From Candidatus Heimdallarchaeota archaeon (GTDB taxonomy: Archaea; Asgardarchaeota; Heimdallarchaeia; Hodarchaeales; Hodarchaeaceae): a stretch of DNA of 64,000 nt. The translations under genes were made by a program, and so were the position numbers. The DNA lies in NCBI GenBank assembly GCA_011364965.1, contig RDOB01000002.1, positions 512,001 through 576,000 on the forward strand, given 5' to 3'. Shown here one piece after another: positions 48,952 through 59,235 of this stretch. Numbering within the stretch: position 1 is the first letter of the stretch; every line of letters begins with the position of its first letter. Under the pieces are notes generated by a model. That model was not told the origin of the DNA. It did no database searches and saw only the letters and a list, made by a program, of their open reading frames with translations.

Positions 48952-50655
48952 TTAGCTTTCTGATTTTGCTTGCTCTTCTCGTCTTAGTTTTTTCTTATCA
49001 AGCTTCATGACTGATGTTAGGGGTAATTGATTTCTAAACTCGACGCTTTTTGGAATTGCATACGGAGGAAGTTTTTCTTTGCAGTAATTAATAATATCCT
49101 CTTCAGTAACCTGATCGTGATCGGATTTTAAAACTAAAAATGCTTTCACTCGTTCACTCCCAGGTCGTTCTGGATCTGGAATACCTATAACTCCTGCGAC
49201 ATTAACAGCTGGATGAGCATATAACACATCATCAACTGTTTGAGAATAAACTTTCATTCCAGAAACATTAATCATGTCTTTGATCCGATCTACGATATGA
49301 AAGTATCCCTCTTCGTCAATTTTTCCGATATCGCCTGTAGCAAGCCAACCTGCGTCATCTAAACCCGATCCTGGAGTCGGCCAGTAACCTTTCATCACCT
49401 GAGGTCCGCGAATCCATAATTCTCCTGGATTTCCAGGACTACATTCTTCTCCAGTATCGGGATCAATCAACTTTACTTCAGTATCTGGAATAGGAATTCC
49501 AATTCCTACTTTTACCTTGGGGATAAATCCAGTAACCTTTGACAATCCAGATAGATTTAAATGAGTACATGCAGTCGCTTCACTCATTCCATATCCTTCT
49601 CCTAATGGAATCCCAATTTTCTTTTCCCATTGTTTTGCGACGTCTCTCGGAAGAGCTGCTGCTCCAGAAAAAAAGAAAACAGGCATTTTTGGGAGATCTG
49701 AATTTAAGAGAAGGGTATAATGGGTAGGAACGCCTCCAACCATGAATGGGCGATATTTTTTGATGGTTTGAGTAATTGTATTTAAGTCTCTTGCGTCAAC
49801 AAGTAAAATCCTCAATCCCCATGATATACACGCATGCATCATCCAATGTCCCATTTGATGGAATATTGGAACCATGATCACAACAGCAGCTTTTCCAATA
49901 ACTCCAGTCCGTAAGGGATGAACCATCCAATGGAATGCTTGTACAACATTGGTCGTAACATTTGCGTGAGTCAACATTGTTGCTTTTGGCATTCCTGTTG
50001 TACCCCCAGTAAAGGGTAAAAGGGCTAAATCTTCCTGAGGAATAATTTTTAAAGTGGGTGGAGGTAATTTGTCATAATACTTTTCTGTTAACTCTTTCAT
50101 TGAATGCAAATTGCTTATACTCGGTAAGACAGTAGTATCTGGTATTGTATAATCAGGAAAACTCGGAACTTGTGTATAAATTACGTGATCGATCTGGATT
50201 TGTTCTTGTATTGCTACAATTCTATCCAATCGCCTATAAGAACAAATTATTATCCTAGATCTCGTTTGTTGTACTTCATATAGCAATTCAGGAGCCTGAT
50301 GCAATATACTTAATGGAGCATGGATTCCACCAGCTTTCATTATTGCATAATCAGCAATTATGAATTGGGGGCAAGAGGGAAGAATTGTAATAACTATATC
50401 TCCTTTTTCTACTCCGATGTCTACTAAAGCTGCAGTAAAAGCATCAACTTCATTCTTTAGCTCTTTATAAGTCATTTCGGACAGAAAATTTTCTCCTAAG
50501 AATGTACATGCGATATTGTCTGGGTAAGTCTTTGAAGAATCATCTAAAAATTGATAAACTGGGATATTGGGGTAAGGAGCCATTGAATGTGGCAATTTAA
50601 AAGGGCCAATTTTATAATTTTTTAACCAAGGTTTCTCAACAGACAAAAATTTCAC
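48952..50655 (-). CDS. Long-chain fatty-acid--CoA ligase
   Basis: FTGGTTGMPK, EGYGMSE, TGDIG, DRIKDMINVSG. Confidence 0.9.
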   Translation of the reverse strand: MKFLSVEKPWLKNYKIGPFKLPHSMAPYPNIPVYQFLDDSSKTYPDNIACTFLGENFLSEMTYKELKNEVDAFTAALVDIGVEKGDIVITILPSCPQFIIADYAIMKAGGIHAPLSILHQAPELLYEVQQTRSRIIICSYRRLDRIVAIQEQIQIDHVIYTQVPSFPDYTIPDTTVLPSISNLHSMKELTEKYYDKLPPPTLKIIPQEDLALLPFTGGTTGMPKATMLTHANVTTNVVQAFHWMVHPLRTGVIGKAAVVIMVPIFHQMGHWMMHACISWGLRILLVDARDLNTITQTIKKYRPFMVGGVPTHYTLLLNSDLPKMPVFFFSGAAALPRDVAKQWEKKIGIPLGEGYGMSEATACTHLNLSGLSKVTGFIPKVKVGIGIPIPDTEVKLIDPDTGEECSPGNPGELWIRGPQVMKGYWPTPGSGLDDAGWLATGDIGKIDEEGYFHIVDRIKDMINVSGMKVYSQTVDDVLYAHPAVNVAGVIGIPDPERPGSERVKAFLVLKSDHDQVTEEDIINYCKEKLPPYAIPKSVEFRNQLPLTSVMKLDKKKLRREEQAKSES

Positions 50656-50727
50656 CCCAAGAAGATAATTCTCGTAGTTTATTAATTTAAAACTTTGCAG
50701 ATAAAAAGAATGGGATTAGGTTTTTGT

Positions 50728-52584
50728 TTAAATCTTTACCCAATCCAAATTAAGTCTCTCGAGGGTGGCTGAGGTTGGTTTACCATCAATATCCCACCCT
50801 CGATATTCATAATAGGAGTCTAAAAGGGGCTCTAAATCTACAATATGGCCCTTTGCAGGCCCTTCGGGAAGAGGTTCCTCAAGTAAACGCTTTGGGAGGG
50901 TATCGTTAGCTCTAGTTAAACCTTCACGTATATTGTATAGTCTCTGAAGATTAAAAATACGTTCGCCCAATATCCTAAAATCAGATTCCGAAAATTCATA
51001 TCCCATAAGTGTTTCAATCATTTTAGCCCAATCCTCTCCAGTGAGGACCATACCCATGAATTTACATCCCCCTATGGAATCAAATACACCAAAAGCGTTT
51101 TCATAATCCATAAGAATTTTTGTATCTTCTTTGCTTGCTTCTAACTCATCACTAAGTTCTGCGTCTACAATCAGAAAAGGCATTGAAAGAAAAGTTGGGC
51201 CTTCTATAAAAGAAGTCATGTGATCTCCCCCTCGATTCGCTGTTGCAAAACCCAAACCAGTAATTTTTGCTGCTCGGCTATCATATGCAGGTAGTTCTAA
51301 ACCTTTTACATGCATAGCAAAAGCTTCTGAACCATGACCGAGTTTTTCAGACATTTTTTTAGAACCTTCTGCAAGTAAGTTCCCAATTCCTTCTCTCTTG
51401 GCTATCAAATGTACCATTTTAATTAAAACATCCGAATCACCAAATTTAATCTCTATATTCTCTGTTTCTTTGAGAGTTAAGATTTTTTTCTCAAAACATT
51501 CCATAGAGAAAGCAATTGTCGCACCTGCAGAGATAGTATCTAATCCATACTCATTACATAAGAAATGGGCGAATGTTATAGCTTCTAGATTATCAATATC
51601 ACACATACTTCCGAGGGAGCAAAGAGATTCATATTCAGGTCCTTCACCTTTGCTTTGATAGGTACCTTCCTTAATCTCTGATATACGGCCACAATGAATT
51701 GGACAAGCGAAACAAGGTTTTTGATCTACTAAAATATTATCATTAATTGCAGTACCATTTATATTGTCAGCTCCTTTAAACACACCAGTTTGAAAGTTTC
51801 GTGTAGGGAATCCTCCTTTAACATTTACCATATCAAGCATAGTTGCTGTCCCAAAAACTTCCAAACTCATTTTTAGCAGACTTTGGTTCACCCAATCAAA
51901 TCTTAATTTAGCTTCCTCACGATATTTTTCATTATCAGCCACCTCAATCTTCGCAGTCCCTCTAACAGCAATTGCTTTTAATTTTTTGGATCCCATTACT
52001 GCTCCTAAGCCACATCTACCCGCAGCACGTCCCCAATGTGGTTCATCAGCGTCATTAATAATTGCAGCATATTTTACTAGGTTTTCCCCGCCAATCCCGA
52101 TTGTCGCAACATTAAATTTTCCTCCTAATTCCTGTCTAATTAATTTAGTAGTTTCAGAAGTATTTTTTCCCCAAAGGTGACTAGCATCCATTAACCTGGC
52201 TTTTCCTTCATCTAATACTAGAAAAACTGGTGTTTCTGAAATACCTTCAAAAATCACTCCATCAAATCCAGCTCTTTTAAAATCACGTCCCCAATAGCCT
52301 CCTGAATTTGCGTGCCCCCATAGTCCAGTGAGAGGGGATTTGGCCACGACTGAATATCTCCCTGTGCTAGGAGCTGATGTTCCCGTCATTGGACCAGTCA
52401 TGAATATCAATTTATTTTCAGGACCCAATGGGTCAATTCCTGCTTTTACCTCATCGAATAAATATTTTGTGGCTAACCCACATCCCCCTAGATACAGTTT
52501 TAACGTTTCTTCGTCAGGAAATTCCTCTGTTATAGTTCCAGCGGTTAGGTTTACACGTAATAATTTTTTCATATAACCATACAT
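50728..52584 (-). CDS. aor: Aldehyde:ferredoxin oxidoreductase (W/Mo-pterin AOR family)
   Basis: KSPLTG, AGRCGLGAVMGSKKLKA, CFACPIHC, EGPEYES, GLDTIS, RGGDH, YYEYRGWD. Confidence 0.93.
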   Translation of the reverse strand: MYGYMKKLLRVNLTAGTITEEFPDEETLKLYLGGCGLATKYLFDEVKAGIDPLGPENKLIFMTGPMTGTSAPSTGRYSVVAKSPLTGLWGHANSGGYWGRDFKRAGFDGVIFEGISETPVFLVLDEGKARLMDASHLWGKNTSETTKLIRQELGGKFNVATIGIGGENLVKYAAIINDADEPHWGRAAGRCGLGAVMGSKKLKAIAVRGTAKIEVADNEKYREEAKLRFDWVNQSLLKMSLEVFGTATMLDMVNVKGGFPTRNFQTGVFKGADNINGTAINDNILVDQKPCFACPIHCGRISEIKEGTYQSKGEGPEYESLCSLGSMCDIDNLEAITFAHFLCNEYGLDTISAGATIAFSMECFEKKILTLKETENIEIKFGDSDVLIKMVHLIAKREGIGNLLAEGSKKMSEKLGHGSEAFAMHVKGLELPAYDSRAAKITGLGFATANRGGDHMTSFIEGPTFLSMPFLIVDAELSDELEASKEDTKILMDYENAFGVFDSIGGCKFMGMVLTGEDWAKMIETLMGYEFSESDFRILGERIFNLQRLYNIREGLTRANDTLPKRLLEEPLPEGPAKGHIVDLEPLLDSYYEYRGWDIDGKPTSATLERLNLDWVKI

Positions 52585-52863
52585 AAATTATGCACCTTTT
52601 GTCAAATTTAACAGTTAATTTTTGTGTGATTTTCGTTTTGAGTTTATTAACATTCCTGTTACAAATATCGCTTTAGATTTCCCTAATCTTGGTAATATAT
52701 TATCAAGAGGTAGATTTAAGATCGAATTTCTAAAGCTCTCTCTAGCACTAATTCACAAAATTATCTCAATGTCTCGGTGATTCTAGTGCCGGGAAACGAT
52801 AATTATGGGATTAATTCTAGGAAAACAATAGTACATGAACAAACCAAGGTAAAGATGATTAAT

Positions 52864-53301
52864 ATGAGTGAAAAAGTAATATTTCCATCCAAAGAATGGG
52901 TAGCTAAATTTAAGGATGTCGTTAATTCTAGTAAAGATTATGAAGAAGCAGCTAAAACTTGGGAAGGTGATTTCATTTTTGAGATCATTCCTGATGGAAC
53001 TAGAAATTTATCCGAAAAACATCAATTATATTGTGATTTATGGCATGGAAAATGTCGTGATGCGTTTCTAGTATCCACTGAACAACCAGCTCCTGAAAAA
53101 GTAGAATATATATACTCTGGAAAATATAATAATTGGCTAGCTCTCTTTGATGGAAAGGTGGGCCCTCTAAAAGGAATTATGCAAAGAAAATTTACAGTAA
53201 CTTGCTCTCCTGGTGCAATGGCAAGATTAATGAAGGCTTTAAAAGCAGCTCAAGAACTGGTTAAATGTACTACAATGGTAGAAAATGTGGAATATATATA
53301 A
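52864..53301 (+). CDS. SCP2 sterol/lipid carrier domain protein
   Basis: FPSKEW, YEEAAKTWEGDF, DLWHGKCR, GPLKGIMQRKF. Confidence 0.8.
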   Translation: MSEKVIFPSKEWVAKFKDVVNSSKDYEEAAKTWEGDFIFEIIPDGTRNLSEKHQLYCDLWHGKCRDAFLVSTEQPAPEKVEYIYSGKYNNWLALFDGKVGPLKGIMQRKFTVTCSPGAMARLMKALKAAQELVKCTTMVENVEYI

Positions 53302-53316
53302 CGGAGAAATTTTGAC

Positions 53317-54495
53317 ATGTGGGATTTTACATCTCCGAGGAAAGTTATTTTCGGAGAAGATGCATTAGAATACTTGTCTGAGTTATGTTTCGAAAATGTA
53401 TTCATTGTTACAGATCCTACGATTAAAACCATGCATCTAGAAAAAATTTTGGCCCAATTAGGAGACTCAAAAGTAACTGTTTTTGACAAAGTATCAGGTG
53501 AACCCTCCCTTGATACAGTAAAAGATGGGGCGTGTTCCATGATTGAAGCAAAACCAGATGTCATTATTGCTCTAGGTGGTGGTAGTGTACTCGATTCTGC
53601 TAAGGGAATGTTTCCTATCTATTCACAACCCGACATCCTGATAGATGGCTTGTCTCCTTTTGAAGTCTTGGACATGCGGAAGAAAACAAATTGCATTTTA
53701 ATTAACATTCCTACTACAAGTGGAACAGGAGCTGATGTGACTTGGGCGATTGTTCTAACTGATTTATCTGAAGGTACTCCTAGGAAGATATCCCTAGCAA
53801 ATCGCGAATTGGTAGCTGATATTACTATCTTAGATCCGGTATTAACTAAGACAATGACACCCCGTTTGATTGCAGGAACTGGTATGGATGCAATGTGTCA
53901 TGCTATAGATGGTTATCTCTCAACATGGAGAAATGATTTTTCTGATGCATTATCATTGCATGCTTTCAAACTTTTATGGAATAATTTACCAATAGCATTC
54001 GAGCAAGCAAAAGTAGGAGAGGTAGATTTCGCAATTCGTGAAAAACTCCATAATTCTGCAACTATGGCTGGTTGGGGTTTCGGGAATTCCCAGATTATTC
54101 TTTCTCATTCATTAGCACATACAATAGGAGCTGTTTTCAAAATCCCTCATTCTGTGTGTATTGGTGCAATGTGCTGGTATTCTCTCATGTTCAATCAAAA
54201 TTATGAATCCGAACGAATCTGTGATCTTGCGAAATTGGTTGGATACACTGGAACAGCAGGAGAAATAGTTACAAATTTCGTCAGTTCTTTCAAAGAACTT
54301 TTGTTGAATTTGGAACTTCCGTTATCATTACTTGAAATGAAAGTCACCGAAGAAGAATTTCAATCGAATCTTGAAGATCTAATTGCTTTTGCAGAAAATG
54401 ATTCTGGAACGCTATCCAATCCGAGATCTATTGCTCATGATGATTTTATCACAATCTTCAAATGTGTTTTCGAAGGAAAAGATATCGATTTTTAA
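53317..54495 (+). CDS. Iron-containing alcohol dehydrogenase
   Basis: IALGGGSVLD, IPTTSGTG, DAMCHAID, HSLAH..PH. Confidence 0.92.
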   Translation: MWDFTSPRKVIFGEDALEYLSELCFENVFIVTDPTIKTMHLEKILAQLGDSKVTVFDKVSGEPSLDTVKDGACSMIEAKPDVIIALGGGSVLDSAKGMFPIYSQPDILIDGLSPFEVLDMRKKTNCILINIPTTSGTGADVTWAIVLTDLSEGTPRKISLANRELVADITILDPVLTKTMTPRLIAGTGMDAMCHAIDGYLSTWRNDFSDALSLHAFKLLWNNLPIAFEQAKVGEVDFAIREKLHNSATMAGWGFGNSQIILSHSLAHTIGAVFKIPHSVCIGAMCWYSLMFNQNYESERICDLAKLVGYTGTAGEIVTNFVSSFKELLLNLELPLSLLEMKVTEEEFQSNLEDLIAFAENDSGTLSNPRSIAHDDFITIFKCVFEGKDIDF

Positions 54496-54601
54496 CCCGT
54501 ATTACTTTGAAATTTGGCAATATACTTCATTAGACTTATAGATATAAAAGAATAATCCAAAATTGATGTAATTGATTCATCTTTAGGAGTGTTTAATACA
54601 A

Positions 54602-54979
54602 ATGGTAAATGAGGATCTATTAAGAACATTATTTGTTAAAAAATCGCTTAAAAATACCGAAAATGGTTTCCAGATGCAGATGCAAAACAGTATTAGTGAT
54701 GCTACTATCATTGAACCAATAAAAGTTGAAATTTCAGGTGAAGGAGTAGATAAAGAGAAGTATAAGGATTTTATAATCGATTTAAATGGCGAGAAAGTCG
54801 AGAATAAAACAATTAGCGAATCCAATCCCGCTAAATTCTCAGTTAAAGCTCTAGCGACTTTAATATTCAATAGAGACAGTCCATTGCCAGAAGGGAAATA
54901 TAAAATTCGGTTTACAAAGCTTCTGACTGAAGAATATGGTGATATTCCTTTCACAATGAAGGAAAGAATACGAGACTAG
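54602..54979 (+). CDS. Hypothetical beta-sandwich protein (possibly DUF6379-like)
   Basis: SLKNTENGFQ...N..SDATI...LPEGKYKI pattern. Confidence 0.6.
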   Translation: MVNEDLLRTLFVKKSLKNTENGFQMQMQNSISDATIIEPIKVEISGEGVDKEKYKDFIIDLNGEKVENKTISESNPAKFSVKALATLIFNRDSPLPEGKYKIRFTKLLTEEYGDIPFTMKERIRD

Positions 54980-55178
54980 CTAATCTCTTTATTCTATTTT
55001 TTTATTTCAATTTACTTGATCCTTTTCAACTTCAATAAGCAGAAATTCTAGATAAAAATCTTGAATTTTGATTTATTCATTCAAATCTTAGATCCCTAGA
55101 AATATTCTTAAGACTAGACTCCGTGTTCATCCTTCAATTTATTATATTATTTTTAGTTTCAGAGGTTGAATTATTAAA

Positions 55179-56555
55179 ATGGACCACAAGCAAAAAAGAT
55201 TATTTTCAGATGAAGAGATTTTATCTTGGATCGGGGAAGTTACTGATCAAGAAATAAATGAGGTACACCAAAAATCATTAGTTCCATTTTATGATCAGAT
55301 TTGGGAATCTGGAGATAGCTCTTATCTTAAGCAATATAAAACAGACAAAGAGTTTCTTGATTGCACTTCCCAAGCATGGACATCAAATATCGGTTTCTCT
55401 AATCCAGATGTTGCGTTTGCAGTGAGCCATCAACTAAAAACGTTAAGTCATGTTCGTTATGGATTTGCTACAAAACCCCGAATTAAATTCATCCATAAAA
55501 TCACAAGTTTAACCCCAGGTAACTTGAAAAAAGTAGCAGCGAATGCCATGGGTGGTGGAGCTAGCATAGAGGCTGCATTGAGGTTAGCAATGATAAATAA
55601 ACCTGGAGCTCAACAGTTCTATACCTATACAAGAAGCTACCATGGTAGTTCCTTAGCGACAATGTCTCTTTCAACACGTTTTGCAGGAGTAACTAGATTC
55701 AAACCCTGGGGTCTTGATAGAGTGGCAAAAATACCTTTTCCCTATTGTTACAGATGTCCTATGGGACAAGAAGGTGAGAATAAGTGCAATTTAGAGTGTT
55801 TAGAATTAGCTCAAAATTTAATTGAATATGGATCTGTGGATAAAGTTTGCGGAATTTTAATGGAACCTATACAAGGCCCAGGAGGACATGTTCCAGCTCC
55901 GAAACGATATATCAGAGAGTTGCGAAAATGGACTGAAAAAAACGAGATTTTCTTTATCTGGGATGAAAGCCAGCTATTCACTCGGATTGGCCATTGGTTT
56001 ACTTCTGAATATTATGAAGGTGTGACTCCAGATATAACATGTCTAACGAAGGCAATAGGAGGATCCCTTCCAATGGGGGTTACAATAGCTCGTGAAGACA
56101 TCAATGGTTTTAATTCTGCCGAGGAACATAGTACATTTGGAGCGAATCCTTTAATGTTTGCTGCTAGTATGGTTTTTATGAATTATGTAGAGCGAGCAGA
56201 CTTATTGAAAAACACTCGTGAACAAGGAGATTACATAACTTCTAAACTTCGAAATTTACAGAAAAGATATGATTATATTGGGGATATACGGTGCCCCGGA
56301 TTAATGATTGGGATAGAGCTAGTAAATGATCCAGAAACTAAAACTCCTGGAAATACTCTGGCAGCGGACCTAGTAGAAGAAGCTATGGATCAAAGGGTAA
56401 TTTTTGGACTTATGGCTCCAATATCAACTGATTCAGGCAAATTATTTAGGAATGTGGTCAAAATTAAACCCCCTCTAATAATAACTCGTGAAGAGTCAGA
56501 TCACATTCTGAATGTCTTTGAATCTTCCTTAGAAGAAGCCATTGATTATCTTTAG
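55179..56555 (+). CDS. Class III PLP aminotransferase-family protein
   Basis: FLDCTS, SYHG, MEPIQGPGG, IWDESQ, LTKAIGG, STFGANP, IKPPL. Confidence 0.9.
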   Translation: MDHKQKRLFSDEEILSWIGEVTDQEINEVHQKSLVPFYDQIWESGDSSYLKQYKTDKEFLDCTSQAWTSNIGFSNPDVAFAVSHQLKTLSHVRYGFATKPRIKFIHKITSLTPGNLKKVAANAMGGGASIEAALRLAMINKPGAQQFYTYTRSYHGSSLATMSLSTRFAGVTRFKPWGLDRVAKIPFPYCYRCPMGQEGENKCNLECLELAQNLIEYGSVDKVCGILMEPIQGPGGHVPAPKRYIRELRKWTEKNEIFFIWDESQLFTRIGHWFTSEYYEGVTPDITCLTKAIGGSLPMGVTIAREDINGFNSAEEHSTFGANPLMFAASMVFMNYVERADLLKNTREQGDYITSKLRNLQKRYDYIGDIRCPGLMIGIELVNDPETKTPGNTLAADLVEEAMDQRVIFGLMAPISTDSGKLFRNVVKIKPPLIITREESDHILNVFESSLEEAIDYL

Positions 56556-56579
56556 TAAAATTTTTTTGAGGTGATATAA

Positions 56580-58184
56580 ATGAGTAATGGATTGTTTTTA
56601 TCTTATGATTTAGGTACCACTGCAACAAAGGCTGTTCTTATATCCAATAATATCAAGTTTCTTGCGTCTTCAGTTGCGCAATATGATACAATTTTTCCTA
56701 AACAAGGTTATGCAGAACATGACCCGAAGGATTGGTGGCGTACGCTGAAATCTACAACTATCGATCTTGTATCAAAGACAAACACCAATCCTGAGGATAT
56801 TGCAGCAATAACTTTTAGTTCTCAAATGCAAGGTCTGTTACCAGTTGATAGAAACTGCAATCCTTTGATGAATGCAATGATCTGGCTTGATGGTCGTGGA
56901 GTGAAATATTTAAAAAAGGTATTTCCATGGCCAAGAATAATGGGATATAATCCTTATCGTCTATTCCTTAAATTCCTTAAAATAACTGGTGGGTCTCCTG
57001 GGTTATCTGGAAAAGATCAGATTCCCAAAATTATATGGTTAAAGCACGAAGCACCCGACATATACGATCAAACGTACAAATTTTTGGATGTAAAGGATTA
57101 TATCATATACAAACTGACTGGCGAGGTAGCTACTTCAACTGATCTTGCATATGTCTGGTGGTTAATGGATTCTCGCAAAAAAGATGGTAAGCCAATTAAT
57201 GAATGGTCAAAAAGTTTATGTGAAATGTATAAAATCGACATGGATAAATTACCTGAGATTAAAAGGCCTACCGACATTATAGGTAATGTATCAGCTTCAG
57301 CTGCCCAAGAATTAGGGCTCAGTACAGGTATTCCAGTTGTCTGTGGCGCAGGGGATATGACTTCAGGTGCAATTGCCTCGGGTGCTTGTCTAGATGGAGA
57401 GCTACATTGTCAGATTGGCACATCAGGTTGGGTTGCAGGTCATGTTCGTGAAAGAAGAGTAAATATCACCGCATACACTGGATGTGTGGGTAGTGCGCTT
57501 CCAGATCAATTTTACCTAGTTACTGGCCATCAAGAAATCGCAGGTGCATGTTTGGAATGGGTAAAAAACAATATTCTATATTTTAAGGAGCAATTAGAAG
57601 AAACAGAGAAGAAAGAAGTATATCAGATCTTTGATAATCTTGTCTCAGAATGCGAACCTGGTGCCAAAGGAGATGGTGGAACCTATTTAATGTTCCTCCC
57701 GTGGTTGCATGGAGAAAGATGTCCTTTAGATGATGATAATGTAAGAGGTGGTTTGATTAATCTCAGTTTAGATCATGATCGTCGTCATTTACTTAGAGCA
57801 GTTTTTGAGGGAGTAGCAATGAATGCTCGATGGGCTTTAGATACTGTTGAAAACCTATATTCCTCCGTTGATTGGCTTGCGATTATTGGAGGAGGAGCTA
57901 AATCAGATGTTTGGTGTCAGATATATGCAAATGTCATGAATCGCCAAATCAAACGTGTTGAAAATCCTCAAGAAGCTGGAGCATTAGGAGCTGGGATAAT
58001 TGCTAAACTCGCACTTGGAGAAATACGTGATGTGTCCGGGATCAAAGAATATTGTCATTATGATCATGAATTCCGACCTGATCCTAAGTATAGAGACCTT
58101 TATGATAATCTTTACAAAGAATTTAAACAAATATACAAACAGAATAAAAATTGGTTTAAGAGGATGAATAAAAACAAGAGTTAA
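56580..58184 (+). CDS. FGGY-family carbohydrate/polyol kinase (xylulokinase-like)
   Basis: YDLGTT, SSQMQG, IWLDGR, GAGD, IGTSGW, FLPWLHGERCP, GGGAKS. Confidence 0.92.
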   Translation: MSNGLFLSYDLGTTATKAVLISNNIKFLASSVAQYDTIFPKQGYAEHDPKDWWRTLKSTTIDLVSKTNTNPEDIAAITFSSQMQGLLPVDRNCNPLMNAMIWLDGRGVKYLKKVFPWPRIMGYNPYRLFLKFLKITGGSPGLSGKDQIPKIIWLKHEAPDIYDQTYKFLDVKDYIIYKLTGEVATSTDLAYVWWLMDSRKKDGKPINEWSKSLCEMYKIDMDKLPEIKRPTDIIGNVSASAAQELGLSTGIPVVCGAGDMTSGAIASGACLDGELHCQIGTSGWVAGHVRERRVNITAYTGCVGSALPDQFYLVTGHQEIAGACLEWVKNNILYFKEQLEETEKKEVYQIFDNLVSECEPGAKGDGGTYLMFLPWLHGERCPLDDDNVRGGLINLSLDHDRRHLLRAVFEGVAMNARWALDTVENLYSSVDWLAIIGGGAKSDVWCQIYANVMNRQIKRVENPQEAGALGAGIIAKLALGEIRDVSGIKEYCHYDHEFRPDPKYRDLYDNLYKEFKQIYKQNKNWFKRMNKNKS

Positions 58185-58206
58185 TCGTTAATTATTTGTT
58201 TTTATT

Positions 58207-59235
58207 TCATATGCTAGCTTTTGCTAAATCGTTTGGAAATTTCATCTGTAAATATCCATGTATTTCCGAGCTATCCACGATCTCAGGTTTTATATCAAAG
58301 TCAGGGAAGTGCATCCTTGTCCAAAGGACAAGATCTTTTCCGATTTGAACACTTTTTCTCATTGAATCTGATTCCTCAACAATTAAAATCACTGAGAAAT
58401 CAGCTTCTTCGACTCTTACTAACTTATAATTGTCCGAAACTTCATCATCACCAGCACTTTCACTGCGTTTCATTAGAATTTCTCTAACTCCAGCTCCAAG
58501 ACTTGCTTGTGCGAATGTATTTACTGCAGAAAACATGCTAGTAATAAGAGAGGGATCTTCCATGAGATGTCCGTGGTTTGAATTTGTAGAGCTGCTTCCT
58601 ACTAATAATCCAGATTCAGTTTGATAAATGCAAACATTATGGATGTTAATTGTGGGTAGAATTATCTCACCTGTCATTGTTTCAATAAGCCAATCAAAAG
58701 CTTGGTACAGGTTACTTCCAGTCTTTGCGCTCATATGAAAAATGTTAACAGCTCGGAATCTACCTTTTTGTTGAATATCGTACAGATCAAAATGCTTTAA
58801 AAGTAATACATAAGGGTCTACACCAGATATGTCTGCTTTATTCGCAGCTATAAGAAGAACTGCTTTTTCAGGAATATCTGGAAGTGCTTTATATAGCGCC
58901 GTTTTACTCTCTTCAAAATCCTCCGGTCTTGAACAATCTACAACAAATACAACAGCTCCTGAAAGCCTTACGTAATCTGGCCAAATTTCTTGAAATGTAG
59001 TCTGCCCACCTAAGTCGAACGCTTGAAATATGATATTTCTGTACTCAAATCGTTCAACGTTCAGTCCCATGGTTCTAAGAGAATCGGCATAAAACTCTCC
59101 CGTACGCAATCGGTGGAGAATGGTAGTTTTACCTGCATAAGCTCGACCGATGAAAGTTATTAGCTCGTTCTTTCCTGCATTAGAGGATTGGATTTTTTTA
59201 GAATGTCGGCGGAATAACCTTTTCAGTAATGAGAT
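58207..59235 (-). CDS. Arf-family small GTPase fused to a C-terminal longin-like domain
   Basis: Extended frame supplies G1 GRAYAGKT; G3 DLGGQ, G4 NKAD, G5 SAK; longin-like DPSLITSMFSAVNTFAQ; start inferred at ATC 59235. Confidence 0.88.
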   Translation of the reverse strand: MSLLKRLFRRHSKKIQSSNAGKNELITFIGRAYAGKTTILHRLRTGEFYADSLRTMGLNVERFEYRNIIFQAFDLGGQTTFQEIWPDYVRLSGAVVFVVDCSRPEDFEESKTALYKALPDIPEKAVLLIAANKADISGVDPYVLLLKHFDLYDIQQKGRFRAVNIFHMSAKTGSNLYQAFDWLIETMTGEIILPTINIHNVCIYQTESGLLVGSSSTNSNHGHLMEDPSLITSMFSAVNTFAQASLGAGVREILMKRSESAGDDEVSDNYKLVRVEEADFSVILIVEESDSMRKSVQIGKDLVLWTRMHFPDFDIKPEIVDSSEIHGYLQMKFPNDLAKASI

